From NCBI GenBank assembly GCA_951406725.2, contig OX597841.1:12524001-12588000 (forward strand): a stretch of DNA of 64,000 nucleotides, read 5' to 3'. This stretch comes from Octopus vulgaris. Its lineage: Eukaryota. Under the pieces are notes generated by a model. It had not been told where the DNA came from, searched no databases, and worked only from the letters and a program-made list of their open reading frames with translations. The translations under genes and the position numbers were made by a program. This document shows, one piece after another, positions 15,544 through 26,834 of the stretch (the first letter of the stretch is position 1; each line of letters begins with the position of its first letter).

Positions 15544-15770
15544 ATAAATATTAGGGAATAAATCCAAAATTACAGGGAAAAAATCAGATTTAGGATTAAA
15601 TCCAATTTTATAGTAAAATATTATATAATATTATTAGAGACAAAACCACTATTTTGCAAAACAAACAAGGAAAGACTTAATCAATACATAAAATTTTAAT
15701 AAAATGTCAAAAAAACCGCCACTACAATTGTTTCTTGTCCTAATCGACAATCTTCAGGTGGACTTCCAAT
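15540..15770 (-). mobile_element. Penelope-like pseudo-LTR fragment carrying a hammerhead; related copy at 37995-38290
   Basis: 15540-15700 is near-identical to the reverse complement of 38120-38290; hammerhead at its end; flanked by (TA)n. Confidence 0.6.
15719..15761 (-). ncRNA. Minimal type I hammerhead ribozyme, intact core
   Basis: Minus strand reads CCAC-CTGAAGA-TTGTC-gattag-GACAA-GAAA-CAATTG-TA-GTGG: stem I CCAC/GTGG, stem II TTGTC/GACAA, palindromic stem III, GUA cleavage triplet. Confidence 0.85.
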
Positions 15771-16028
15771 TTTCACTTTTTTACTACCCACATGAGGCTA
15801 AACACAGAAGGGACAAACAAGGAGAGACAAACGGGTTAAGTCGTTTATATCGACCTCAGTACGTAACTGGTACTTATTTAATCGACCCCGAAAGGATGAA
15901 AGGCAAAGTCGACCTCGGCAGAATTTGAACTCAGAACTTAACGGCAGACGAAATACGGCTACGCATTTCGCCCGGCGTGCTAACGTTTCTGCCAGCTCGC
16001 CGCCTTCACACACACGCACACACACACA

Positions 16029-16083
<55 letters not shown>

Positions 16084-16968
16084 ACACACACACACACACA
16101 CGCACACGGTTCGGCAAAAGACACCCGTAAGCATGAGTACTAGGTTTACAAAGAATAAGTGCCGAGGCCGATTAGTTCGACTAAGGGCGGTGCTCCAGCC
16201 TGGCCACAGACAAATGACTGAAGCGAATAAAAGAACACACACGCAGTCACGTTTGCATTTGTGTTTACTTTCTCAAACCATTTACGATCAAAAATGTCTC
16301 ACGTTTCATTTATTTTCACGGAAGAGACGAAAGATTTTCCCTCATTATTGTTCTCCTTCCTCCTCCTCAACTTCTCCTTTCTTTCTCTCTTGGCAGGGGC
16401 TACGCATGTAGAGAAAAGGGATCTTCCTGATTTAAAACGCCCTAAACACACACTATGTCCCATGGATACTCTTTCAACTCCATTAGTTGTTCAGAGCCCC
16501 AAGAAAGGGTATTAAATATATATACAAGCGCACCGGGCGAAATGCTTAGCGGTATTTCGTCTGCGTTACGTTGTGAGTTCGAATTCCGCCGAGGTCGACT
16601 TTACTTTTCATCCTTTCGGGGTCGATAAATTAAGTACCTGTTACGCACTGGGGTCGATGTAATCAACTTAATCCGTTTGTCCCCTCCATGTTTAGCCCCT
16701 TGTGGGTAATAAAGAAACATATATACATGCGCATGCCTACCAACACCGTTTTTAAGGGTCAGTTTTTCTCTGCTTCCATGGGTCAACTGAGACTTCATTT
16801 GAGGCAGCTTTTCTCGGGTTAGATGCTCTATTTCCAAGCAGGCTAATATTTTCTCTACCCTAACAAACTACAGACAGCCAAACTATGCTTTTTTATCTAT
16901 CACCGGAGATAAGGCAAGACGACTACACACACACACACATTCAAATATTTGTGTGTATATGCATGCAC

Positions 16969-17010
<42 letters not shown>

Positions 17011-17581
17011 ACTCACTCACACGCACACATGACAGCGGTGGGTGAAGGTTGTGTTATGGGACGGGAAGGCGGCGAGCTGGCAGAAACGTTAGCACGACGG
17101 GTGAAATGCGTTCCGAGTTCAAATTCCGCCGAGGTCAACTTTACCTTTCATCCTTTCGGGGTCGATAAATTAAGTACCAGTTACGCACTGGGGTCGATGT
17201 AATCGACTTAATCCGTTTGTCTGTCCTTGTTTGTCCCCTCAATGTGTAGCCCCTTGTGGGTAATAAAGAATTAAATTATTATTATTATTATTATTATTGT
17301 TGTTGTTGTTTTTGTTGTTGTTATTATTATTATTATTGTTGTTGTTATTATTGTTATCATTATTGAGGTGGCCAACTGGCAGAATTATTAACACACTGCA
17401 CAAAATATTTATCGGTATTTTGTCTGTCTTTACATTCTGAGTTCAAATGCTGCTGATGTCGACTTTCTCTTTCATACAAGGGCCCATAAACTAAGTACCA
17501 GTCACACACTGCGGGGAGGGATCAATGTAATCAACTTATCCACTCCCCTAAAATGGCTGCCTTTGTAGAAAATTTTGAAAA

Positions 17582-17628
<47 letters not shown>

Positions 17629-17629
<1 letters not shown>

Positions 17630-18186
17630 TGAGTGAGAGAGCAGTGCATGCCATCAAAGTGACACTGGAGTAAAATATATGAAGCCCAATATACCCATCA
17701 TGACTACCCGTCTGATAAGGGTACACCAGGCACATGCATCACAACCATATGTGCGCGACATGATGATCTCATATCAAGATAAACAGCACATGACCTTGCA
17801 GGTGAGGCCCAGTTAGAATTTTCTTCTTGTCGAGTAACCCATCCAGCTGAAAAGGTCCCTGAATAAGGGTTGTTTAAGGATGTTGAATGAACCACCCAGG
17901 TTTCCAGATGTGAATTATTCAAACCCCAAAGAATCCCTCTCAACACATGGCTATGATGCTCCCCCACTACTTCTGCTCGTGATCAGAGATGCACATATCA
18001 TCAGCCACTAAGGGACATGCTCAACTGGTTAAGGTCAAACAACTGAGAAGCAAATCTGTGGTATTGAGCAGAATATTTGCTGTAGGCCATCTTTTATACC
18101 AAGACAAAACAATGTACATGATAACACTTCCAATCAGTTAAAATCAGAAGCCATGAGAGCCACTGCCTGGTACTGCATCAGGGCAT
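17629..18186 (-). mobile_element. ~560-bp non-autonomous (TAA)n-associated retroelement/SINE
   Basis: Four near-identical copies (17629-18186-, 26218-26771-, 47923-48480+, 58159-58717+), each with an (AAT)n tail and TAA/CAA repeats at the 5' side. Confidence 0.85.
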
Positions 18187-18214
18187 ACCTGGAACTGCAT
18201 CAGGGCATACCTGG

Positions 18215-18234
18215 TTGTTATTATTATTATTATA

Positions 18235-18270
<36 letters not shown>

Positions 18271-18438
18271 ATTATTATAATTATTATTATTATTATTATT
18301 ATTGTAGTTATTATTATTATAATTATTATAATTATCATTATTATTATTATTATTATTGTAGTTATTATTATTATAATTATTATAATTATCATTATTATTA
18401 TTATTATTATTGTAGTTATTATTATTATAATTATTATA

Positions 18439-18525
<87 letters not shown>

Positions 18526-18597
18526 ATTATTATAATTATTATAATTATTATTATTATTATTATTATTATTGTAGTTATTATTATTATAATTATTATA

Positions 18598-18690
<93 letters not shown>

Positions 18691-18750
18691 ATTATTATAA
18701 TTATTATTATTATTATTATTATTATTGTAGTTATTATTATTATTATTATA
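18215..18750. repeat. Long compound (TAT/TAA)n array with periodic TGTAGT and ATAA variants
   Basis: Directly visible; source of the poly-Y/N/I ORFs. Confidence 0.95.
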
Positions 18751-18789
18751 CTTTACTAGGTTCATGTTCATACCATTTATCCGTATGTT

Positions 18790-20100
18790 TCAAATCCTAG
18801 CTTTCTACAAAGCCCCCAGTGGATCACTCTCTTTAGATTGTCGTGTCTTTTCTGGTATTCTTTCTGTGCCAACATGCTACATTCACTTACTACATGAGTA
18901 ACACTTTCCACTTTTGATTTGCATAATCTACATTGGGAATCTACTTGGTTTTTGTCTATTTTTTGCTTTTATCCAATTAGTCCTTAATGCTTGATCTTAT
19001 GCAGCTACTAACAAACTTTCTGTCTCCCTCTCCAGCTTCCCTTTCTGCAGCTATAACCATGTCTTACAACTACTATTTGCTGCAACTAACTTTGGGAATC
19101 TTCTCTTGTCATTCAGATAATTTCTAGGTTTTTTTTTCTGGTTTTTAACTTCATTTGGGTTTTTGTTTTCCCTACGTCTTGCTGTGACTCTAGCAGCCAT
19201 TTAATAAACCCTCTTCACTATTACCTACATAGGAGTCTATATCTACTTTAGCTAACTCCACGCAGCCTTCAACTGATATTAACCTTCTTCCGCCTTCCCT
19301 TCTAGGGAGGTATAATCTTGCTTCTTTTGCCCCTGGGTGGAATCCTCCATTCATATTAAATTCCTTCCTAGTTCTTCTGTCTAGCCTTGCTAATTCAGGT
19401 TTTGTCCAATCTACAAAAGCTGCTGAGTATCTAAGTAATGATGCTGCCCAGCTCTGACCTCATTAGCTTCCTCACCCTTCTCATGTATTCCTTCTCAATT
19501 TTCCTTTTCATTTCTATAGTTAGTACCTTGTCAGATTCTAATAAATATTCAGATACTTATAACTCTCTCCTCCTTTCAATGATTTCAATGTCTGGCTATC
19601 TGGTAATTCGATGCCTTCACTGTCGACTACCCGTCCCCTTCTCATAACTAATATTGCACACTTATCTATACCAAATTTCATACCTATGTCTTTACTGGAG
19701 AGTCTTGCAGTCTGTATTAAGGAATCTCTCTCTTTTTCATTCTGACTAAAAACCTTCAGATCATCCATGTATAGTAAACGGTTAATTGTTCCCTTACTAT
19801 TTCTGAGCTGATACCCTGCCTTTGCCTTCCTTAATACTGAACTGAAGGGGATCAAACATAAGACAAATATTAAAGGGGACAAGTCCCCACAGAAAATTCC
19901 TCTTTTAAACTTTTCCTAAGAGTGTGTCACCTGTGCAGAGATCTATTTTTCCATTTCTTCATACTATAGCTTATTAATTCTCTTATGTTGTCTGCTATAC
20001 TGAATATACTCAAGCATTCACTTATCCATGAGTGTGGGATCATGTCACAGGCTTTCCTGTCTTTCATCTCATTCTTTGTTTCCATCTGATGTTTCGATAT
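18790..20100 (-). mobile_element. Old degenerate R4/Dong-like (RLE-type) LINE fragment
   Basis: ORF 19538-19882 SPLIFVLCLIP...LLYMDDLKVF...IGMKFGIDKCA...YKYL; homologous to the LINE at 58796-62595; 3' end faces the TAA array. Confidence 0.85.
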
Positions 20101-20412
20101 GAAATATTGTAACAAGAAGTCGTGGTTTTAATTTCTACCAATAATATCTGTAGAAATAACCTCCACAAAATATTTATATTCCTTTTTACTACAAAACTTT
20201 TCACCATCACTTATATTCAGTCAATAAAGATAATGGTGTATTTATATCTTCAAGTTTTATTTCTAATGATTATTCCATTGGAAACAGTTTAAATGTTTAA
20301 CTTCACTGTCAAATAAACAATTTGTTTAATATATTTAATGAAATGTGTGTTTTCCTTGAAATTGTTTGAATCAATCAACTAAATATTATTTTATCAAAAA
20401 CCTTTCACAAAA

Positions 20413-20438
20413 CTAATAAATTTTTCACTTTATTTCAG
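20413..20438 (+). promoter_or_regulatory. Candidate branch point and splice acceptor preceding the large coding exon
   Basis: CTAAT at 20413-20417, then TTTTTCACTTTATTTCAG|C; in-frame stops between acceptor and ATG 20557 imply a 5' UTR. Confidence 0.55.
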
Positions 20439-20556
20439 CTTTCATGTAAAAATTAGTGAATTTTGAAGAGATAAATTGTATTCCAAAGGAAGAAAACAAA
20501 ATCCACAGAAAAGAATATATTTAACAGAAAAAAGATAATAATTCTATATTCATAAA

Positions 20557-23500
20557 ATGGAGAAGATTAATGCAGAAAACAAAATGTTGGCTCTCATTCC
20601 TGCCACAGTCCGTGATACAACAGCAATTCACAAGGAAACTACACCAGTTCTTCCCCAAATATTATATACACGAAACACAAAGAAATCTGAAGAGGAGGAA
20701 ACGCAAAAGACAAGGAAACTCGAAGAATGGGAAAAGTCCATGTTACCAAGCTTTCTTCATATTGTGACATGTTACCGAGCAGTAATCAAAACAGACCACA
20801 TCAATACGTTTATCGATTATGTAAAGGATAATTGTAAGCGCATGGATTTAGATGGACCTTGTATTTTACATAATGTCAAACGTAAAATGCAAAGGTTTCT
20901 GGAATTTACTAAACAACATAATGATTTTGTTCACCAAAACCTTGATTGGTTTCAACAAAGACTCTTTGACATTTATGTCACCTGTAACCCATACAACCAC
21001 AAGACCATTGAACCACCAAAAGTAACCACAAAATTTCGGCCTCTTCGACCAGCTGTGACCAGAGAAGCACGGATTGAGGAATCTGGAGAAGAATTGGACG
21101 AAAGCATAATATCCAATATTATTGTCATACAGGAGGGAATGGTGACATATTCCCAACATTATATGACAATATGTTGTGTGACAAGAGACGGTGACAAAAA
21201 TGTGGTTCATTGCCCGTCTTCTGTCACAAACTTTACCAGAATCGGTGAAGACATGGTTCTGGCGACTCTGCCCTTCCAAAAAAGGATTCTTATTATCAGC
21301 CCCACAAGTATTAAGTTTCAAACAATACAGTTGGGATTCTATTTGGTTTCTTACTTGGAACATTCTACACTTATAGGCGCAGAAATGTTTGGTAAGACCA
21401 TTTACCAATTTAATTGGGAGGAAAATAGAGTTGAATATGAATTTATTACGAACGAAATACCAACAGATATTGCTGTAGGGGTCCAGAATATACTCGTAAT
21501 ATCATTTCCCGGTATTAACAGAGTAATCTGTTACAAACTGGATGGCCAACAGCTATGGGAGGTAGAGACTCATTCTCTGGACTTCCCTAGCAAAATCTCT
21601 CTGTACCAAAACTATTTCTATGTCCTCCAGGGACAAATTATTTATAGAATTTCGGCTAAAGGTGGTGTGACAAGGAGGGACATTGGCAGGAAATGCCGCT
21701 CTATTTCTGTTGCTAAAGATACTATTTTGGTAACAGATTATTTTGGCAAACCACTTGCCATTGAAACAAATAAAGACTTTTGGCCCAAACTGTCATACAA
21801 CCACCAGCTACATACCCCCAGTTTGAAAGACCGTATTTATATTGAGGATTGCTACAACATTACAAATATTCTACCTATGTCTACATCTTCTATATTAATA
21901 ATTTACAAAAACAAGAAAGCTAAATTATTCACTGATAACGGGGAAATAATTAACCAAAATAATTCAGTTTTCCTTGAGCTTCCTTCTTTATGTTGTAGAA
22001 TTAACGCAAACAGATTCCTGGTATTTTATCCTGAAATGAAAGGATTTCAGAATATCACCTGTCCTGAACTAAGAAAAGGCCCTTTAATAAAGGTTCAAAC
22101 TGGTTACATGAAAATATGTCATGTTGTATCAAATAAGTGTCTAGCTGTGACCACCACTGAAAACAAAATCGAGGTCCATATCCTATTGATCAACGAAGAT
22201 AAAGTTGACATTGCAGAAAGAATTTCTCTGGGACATCATAATGTCACCATTGCTGCAACTCCAATTAATTTTGTAGTTGTAGATGGAAACGAAAATAAGA
22301 TGGTATTTTATTCCACATGTGGTGAAGAACTTTTTCAAAAATACCTTCCATTCTATGGCTACCCTCATCACATCTACTCTGATAATGTTTATTTCTATGT
22401 TCTCTTCAGGAGACACTCTATTCTCAGATGTTACGATCTATATGGAGAAATTAAATGGCAATGGAAACTACCTTTCCCTGTTCACCCTCACATTGCTGTT
22501 TTCCAAGGAACTGTTTATGTCCCGGACACTCAACTCAACAGGGTTCTTCTTTACAAGTATCAAGACTGGTCGTCTGGATGTTGTTTACATATGAAAAATC
22601 CTTATATCAGAAATCTAAATCTACAACTCAAAGAAAAGGAGAAAGACAAAGTTGTCATTGGTGAAATATGTAATCTGGCTGATGAACAGTTGGTGGTGTC
22701 AGACATCAACCATGATTGCTTGTTGTACATTTCTAAAGAAGGAGACATTGTGTCTAGACTATCTCTGCCGTCTACAGCCACAGATATATGTCGATGGGAT
22801 TCTAATCATATAGGTGTCACATTACCCCTACAGAAACAATTAAGGGTCATTGGAAACCTATCAAAGACAGTGAGAAGTGTATCATTAGGGCAGCCTTATT
22901 TACGGGCATGTAAGATGGGTGAAGGTAAAATTATTTGTTATTGTGATAAACCATCACTTTTAAATATTTTAGCCATCAATTATTATAATAGAGTTGAAGT
23001 AATTAAGACAATTAATATCCCTGTTTTTGTGAAATCGTTATCAATAGAAAAAGAAACACAAAAGCTGTTAATTGTCACTAGGGGAAAAGCATTTCAGTAT
23101 AACACTACAATAGGTGGTGGTGGTCATGGCACTGGTGATCATCATCGTTGTAGTATTAAGATGGTCCCCAGTGTTTTAATGTCCCAAGTGAAACGTCCCC
23201 TCAGTCTCCAAGGTGGATCTATTGACCAAACATTTGTTTATCTTATAGATGACAGCCGTATGTTTGCTATAAACAATCATAATTTGTTGGTTAATGATCT
23301 CGTTAAAAATAATCAACTTAATTATTATATCGATCTGGTGGATGTATTTTCCAGAAACATTTCTGTCAGTGAAATGTTGTCTTCCACTTTATATCTTCAG
23401 GACCTGACAGTTTCTGATAAAGCCAGACATATTCCTCTCCGTCAACATTTGGGAGACAAAGAGCGAGTGGAGATTAAATGTTTGGTTCTGACTGGAAATA

Positions 23501-26118
23501 ATCTGATTGCAGGATGGGACGAGAAGAATGGAAACATTAAGATATTCACATTGGATGGTCAACTTGTGGGTTCTATCAAATTCAGTTTTTATCGATATAT
23601 TAAAATGTGTCGATGGCAGTCAAACACACTGGTTATTACGAATTGGGATGGTTTAGATAATGACTACCAAATGTTGACATTAAAAGTGGAATTTCCATTG
23701 TCATTGGTGGTTTGCCAGACAAGAAATGAATATAAATGTGTGGCTTCTTTATCAAACAATCAACTGGTTTGTAGCAAATTGGGACGGAGAGATGGACGTA
23801 GCTTATATTTTGTTGATATTGATGAAACACATTCGAATGTGAATGAAATTAAAAAAACAGACATACCTGAAACATTATTACTTAGAGACGAATATCATCA
23901 AATTTATATTAATGACATCTGTGATATTAAAGTTACTGCTGACGATGACATCATTGTCTACAACACAAGATTCATCATTTTCTTCGACAGTGATGGTCAA
24001 TATTTACATTCAGTTAGACACTACAGGAAGGCTGATGTTCTTACAGATGACAGGATGACAACTGCTGACAATTATTTCTACATTTATGGTGTGTGGGATA
24101 AATATGTTAATTTAGCGCAATATCATAGCATTGTGTGTTTGACCCAGACTGGGGAATACGAGAGAATATTTTTAAATAAAAGAATTTATAAAGATGAAGT
24201 AGAGTTCTTCAATATAGACTGTAAAGGACCAAGGTTTGTTGGAAGCCACTCCAAAATTGGAAGAGAGAATGAATTGTATATTGAAGGGTTATTTATGGCT
24301 AATCGAGACAGCTTCCCGGTTGCTCGTTTACAAACAGACAAATGTCCTGTTCAAGTAAAAGATTTTGATGTCTCTGAGGAAGGAAAGACAGTTGTGTGTG
24401 AAAAAGCCAATAATGGAAATGTTAAAATATTTGATGAAGACGGCCAGTTGCTATGTCACAGAAATGTTGCAAGTTTAGTTGGTGGTGTGTGTTTTACACA
24501 AGAATCACACATAATGGCCACGGTTCCTAAAAGGAAAGAAATATTTCAACTGAATCGAGAAGATTTGCAGAATTATCAAGTTTGGCAAAGTCAAGTGCCT
24601 TATGGTGTAATATGGAGAAAAGTGAAGAATATTTACTTGTGTGTACATATTGAATTGATTGAATGTCATTGCATAAAGATTGATGGGGACCAAGTGAACA
24701 TTCTGGAATCGGTGTCTTTATTAAATCTTGATTCTGGTCTTCATTTCCCTTCCATTACTTCTCAGATGAACAAGGAAATATTCACTGACGAATTGATTAG
24801 TAAATCGAAATATAGTGAAGGAGATGAAGGAAGAAGTATATCAGGTGAAATAATTAGTAAAGGTAGATTTAAGGTGAGATGTGGTAATTACATAGCGGAG
24901 AGTAAGTCAGGAATTGATGAAATATCAGTGAGGAGACTTCCATATAGGACAGCAATGGTCCCTCTTTCCATTCCTGCATTCGAGGAACCTGTTAATTATG
25001 ATTTGTGGGACAGCAAGGACTGGAACAATAAACTAATTAAGTTAGATGAGAATGTGAGTGTGTTGATGTTTAGAAAAAGTGTCACCTTAATCAGCACAAC
25101 AACAGGTGACATACTGCAACATGAACAACTCCCACAACAACAACAACAACCAGCACTGAACATATTTCAGTGGACATTTGAATACATAAAGGCCTTCTTT
25201 TCCAAACAACAACCACAACATCAACAACTCCCACAACAACAACAACCAGCACTGAACATATTTCAGTGGACATTTGAATACATAAAGGCCTTCTTTTCCA
25301 AACAACAACCACAACATCAACAACAACCACAACATCAACAACCACTGGATATCTGTCGGTGGACAGATGAACATTTCATAGTCGTCTTTGGTAAAGAAAT
25401 GATGGTCTTCGACAGGGATCTCCGTCGTTTAAAAACCATAAAAACTGAGAAATACTACAACACGATTTATAAATATAACGACAATCAACTCGTGTGTGGT
25501 GGTCATCATTTTAGAAACATACATGAAATGACAGACTCAAGTGAGCTTTATTACGTTTGCGAAGAGTCTGAAGCGAACGACTCTTATTATGTGGATGTGG
25601 TTGATATGAAAGATGGGAAATGTAAAGATGAAGTGTGTCGTGGAAAGAAGGGGAGGTGGAGAAGGATTGATGGAGATGCGAGGGTACTTGATGTAAGAGT
25701 CACATCTTCGGGTGATGTGGTTGTTATGAGGAGGGAGCTGGAAATAGATAAGACGGCAGATGATTTCTCGATTGTGGAATGGTTCAGTGAAAATTCGTTG
25801 GTCAGGAGGATAAGAATAGGAGAAAAAAACGAGAGGGGATATTATATTCAAAGATGTCGTTTAGCCACAATTGGTGAATGTGTTTATATAACAGACAGAC
25901 AGAACAATATTTTCCAAATACCTGGACATATTGAACAACAAACATCCGAAGATATTGAAATCCTGTCTTTGAAAAACGATGCAAAATATTTACTCCTCAG
26001 GACTGATGATAATGAAGTCTTTGAAGTTCTTGGTTTTGATGCTTCAGAAAATTCTTTCATGGTTTTTGGAATTATTCCTGGACGTCAATCTTTTGCTTTC
26101 TTTCATTATGACAAATAA
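20557..26118 (+). CDS. Uncharacterised 1853-aa single-exon protein: short N-terminal helical region plus about six tandem NHL-like beta-propeller domains
   Basis: 5562-nt stop-free ORF in AT-rich DNA; Kozak-like AAAATGG; repeated blade motifs such as ICNLADEQLVVSDINHDCLLYISKEG...LPSTATDICRWDSNHIGVTLP, NNLIAGWDEKNGNIKIFTLDG, GKTVVCEKANNGNVKIFDEDG and VYVPDTQLNRV resemble molluscan TRIM/NHL C-terminal domains; AATAAA overlaps the stop (26114-26119). Confidence 0.88.
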   Translation: MEKINAENKMLALIPATVRDTTAIHKETTPVLPQILYTRNTKKSEEEETQKTRKLEEWEKSMLPSFLHIVTCYRAVIKTDHINTFIDYVKDNCKRMDLDGPCILHNVKRKMQRFLEFTKQHNDFVHQNLDWFQQRLFDIYVTCNPYNHKTIEPPKVTTKFRPLRPAVTREARIEESGEELDESIISNIIVIQEGMVTYSQHYMTICCVTRDGDKNVVHCPSSVTNFTRIGEDMVLATLPFQKRILIISPTSIKFQTIQLGFYLVSYLEHSTLIGAEMFGKTIYQFNWEENRVEYEFITNEIPTDIAVGVQNILVISFPGINRVICYKLDGQQLWEVETHSLDFPSKISLYQNYFYVLQGQIIYRISAKGGVTRRDIGRKCRSISVAKDTILVTDYFGKPLAIETNKDFWPKLSYNHQLHTPSLKDRIYIEDCYNITNILPMSTSSILIIYKNKKAKLFTDNGEIINQNNSVFLELPSLCCRINANRFLVFYPEMKGFQNITCPELRKGPLIKVQTGYMKICHVVSNKCLAVTTTENKIEVHILLINEDKVDIAERISLGHHNVTIAATPINFVVVDGNENKMVFYSTCGEELFQKYLPFYGYPHHIYSDNVYFYVLFRRHSILRCYDLYGEIKWQWKLPFPVHPHIAVFQGTVYVPDTQLNRVLLYKYQDWSSGCCLHMKNPYIRNLNLQLKEKEKDKVVIGEICNLADEQLVVSDINHDCLLYISKEGDIVSRLSLPSTATDICRWDSNHIGVTLPLQKQLRVIGNLSKTVRSVSLGQPYLRACKMGEGKIICYCDKPSLLNILAINYYNRVEVIKTINIPVFVKSLSIEKETQKLLIVTRGKAFQYNTTIGGGGHGTGDHHRCSIKMVPSVLMSQVKRPLSLQGGSIDQTFVYLIDDSRMFAINNHNLLVNDLVKNNQLNYYIDLVDVFSRNISVSEMLSSTLYLQDLTVSDKARHIPLRQHLGDKERVEIKCLVLTGNNLIAGWDEKNGNIKIFTLDGQLVGSIKFSFYRYIKMCRWQSNTLVITNWDGLDNDYQMLTLKVEFPLSLVVCQTRNEYKCVASLSNNQLVCSKLGRRDGRSLYFVDIDETHSNVNEIKKTDIPETLLLRDEYHQIYINDICDIKVTADDDIIVYNTRFIIFFDSDGQYLHSVRHYRKADVLTDDRMTTADNYFYIYGVWDKYVNLAQYHSIVCLTQTGEYERIFLNKRIYKDEVEFFNIDCKGPRFVGSHSKIGRENELYIEGLFMANRDSFPVARLQTDKCPVQVKDFDVSEEGKTVVCEKANNGNVKIFDEDGQLLCHRNVASLVGGVCFTQESHIMATVPKRKEIFQLNREDLQNYQVWQSQVPYGVIWRKVKNIYLCVHIELIECHCIKIDGDQVNILESVSLLNLDSGLHFPSITSQMNKEIFTDELISKSKYSEGDEGRSISGEIISKGRFKVRCGNYIAESKSGIDEISVRRLPYRTAMVPLSIPAFEEPVNYDLWDSKDWNNKLIKLDENVSVLMFRKSVTLISTTTGDILQHEQLPQQQQQPALNIFQWTFEYIKAFFSKQQPQHQQLPQQQQPALNIFQWTFEYIKAFFSKQQPQHQQQPQHQQPLDICRWTDEHFIVVFGKEMMVFDRDLRRLKTIKTEKYYNTIYKYNDNQLVCGGHHFRNIHEMTDSSELYYVCEESEANDSYYVDVVDMKDGKCKDEVCRGKKGRWRRIDGDARVLDVRVTSSGDVVVMRRELEIDKTADDFSIVEWFSENSLVRRIRIGEKNERGYYIQRCRLATIGECVYITDRQNNIFQIPGHIEQQTSEDIEILSLKNDAKYLLLRTDDNEVFEVLGFDASENSFMVFGIIPGRQSFAFFHYDK

Positions 26119-26181
26119 ATATCTTTAGAAATATTAAAATTTGATCTTGTTGTTATTGTTGTTGTTATTATTATCATTATG

Positions 26182-26216
<35 letters not shown>

Positions 26217-26217
26217 T

Positions 26218-26771
26218 GAGTGAGAGAGGAGTGCATGCCATCAAAGTGACACTGGGGTAGAATATACGAAGCCCAATATACCCGTCATGACTACCCGTCT
26301 TATAAGGGTACACCAGGCACATGCATCACAACCATATGTGCGCAACATGGTGATCTCATATCAAGATAAACAGCACATGACCTTGCAGGTGGGGCCCAGT
26401 TAGAATTTTCTTCTGGTCGAGTAAGCCATCCTGCTCAAAAGGTCCCTGAATAAGGGTTGTTTAAGGATGTTGAAAGAACCACCCATGTTTCCAAAGGTGA
26501 ATTATCTAAACCTCCAAGAATTCCTTTCAACACACGGTCATGAGGCTCCCCCAACTACTTCTGCTCGTGGTCAGAAATGCACATATCGTCAGCCACTAAG
26601 GGACATGCTCAACTGGTTAAGGTCAAACAACTGACAAGCAAATCTGTGGTATTGAGCAGAATATTTGCTGTAGGCCATCTTTTATACCAAGACAAAACAA
26701 TGTACATAACACTTCCAATCAATTAAGATCAGAAGCCATGAGAGCCACTACCTGGTACTGCATCTGGGCAT
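26218..26771 (-). mobile_element. ~560-bp (TAA)n-associated SINE copy
   Basis: Near-identical to 17629-18186; flanked by TAA arrays. Confidence 0.85.
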
Positions 26772-26773
26772 TA

Positions 26774-26834
<61 letters not shown>

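Noticed and set aside
18144-18800. Poly-Tyr, poly-Asn and poly-Ile ORFs
   Set aside because: Trinucleotide array
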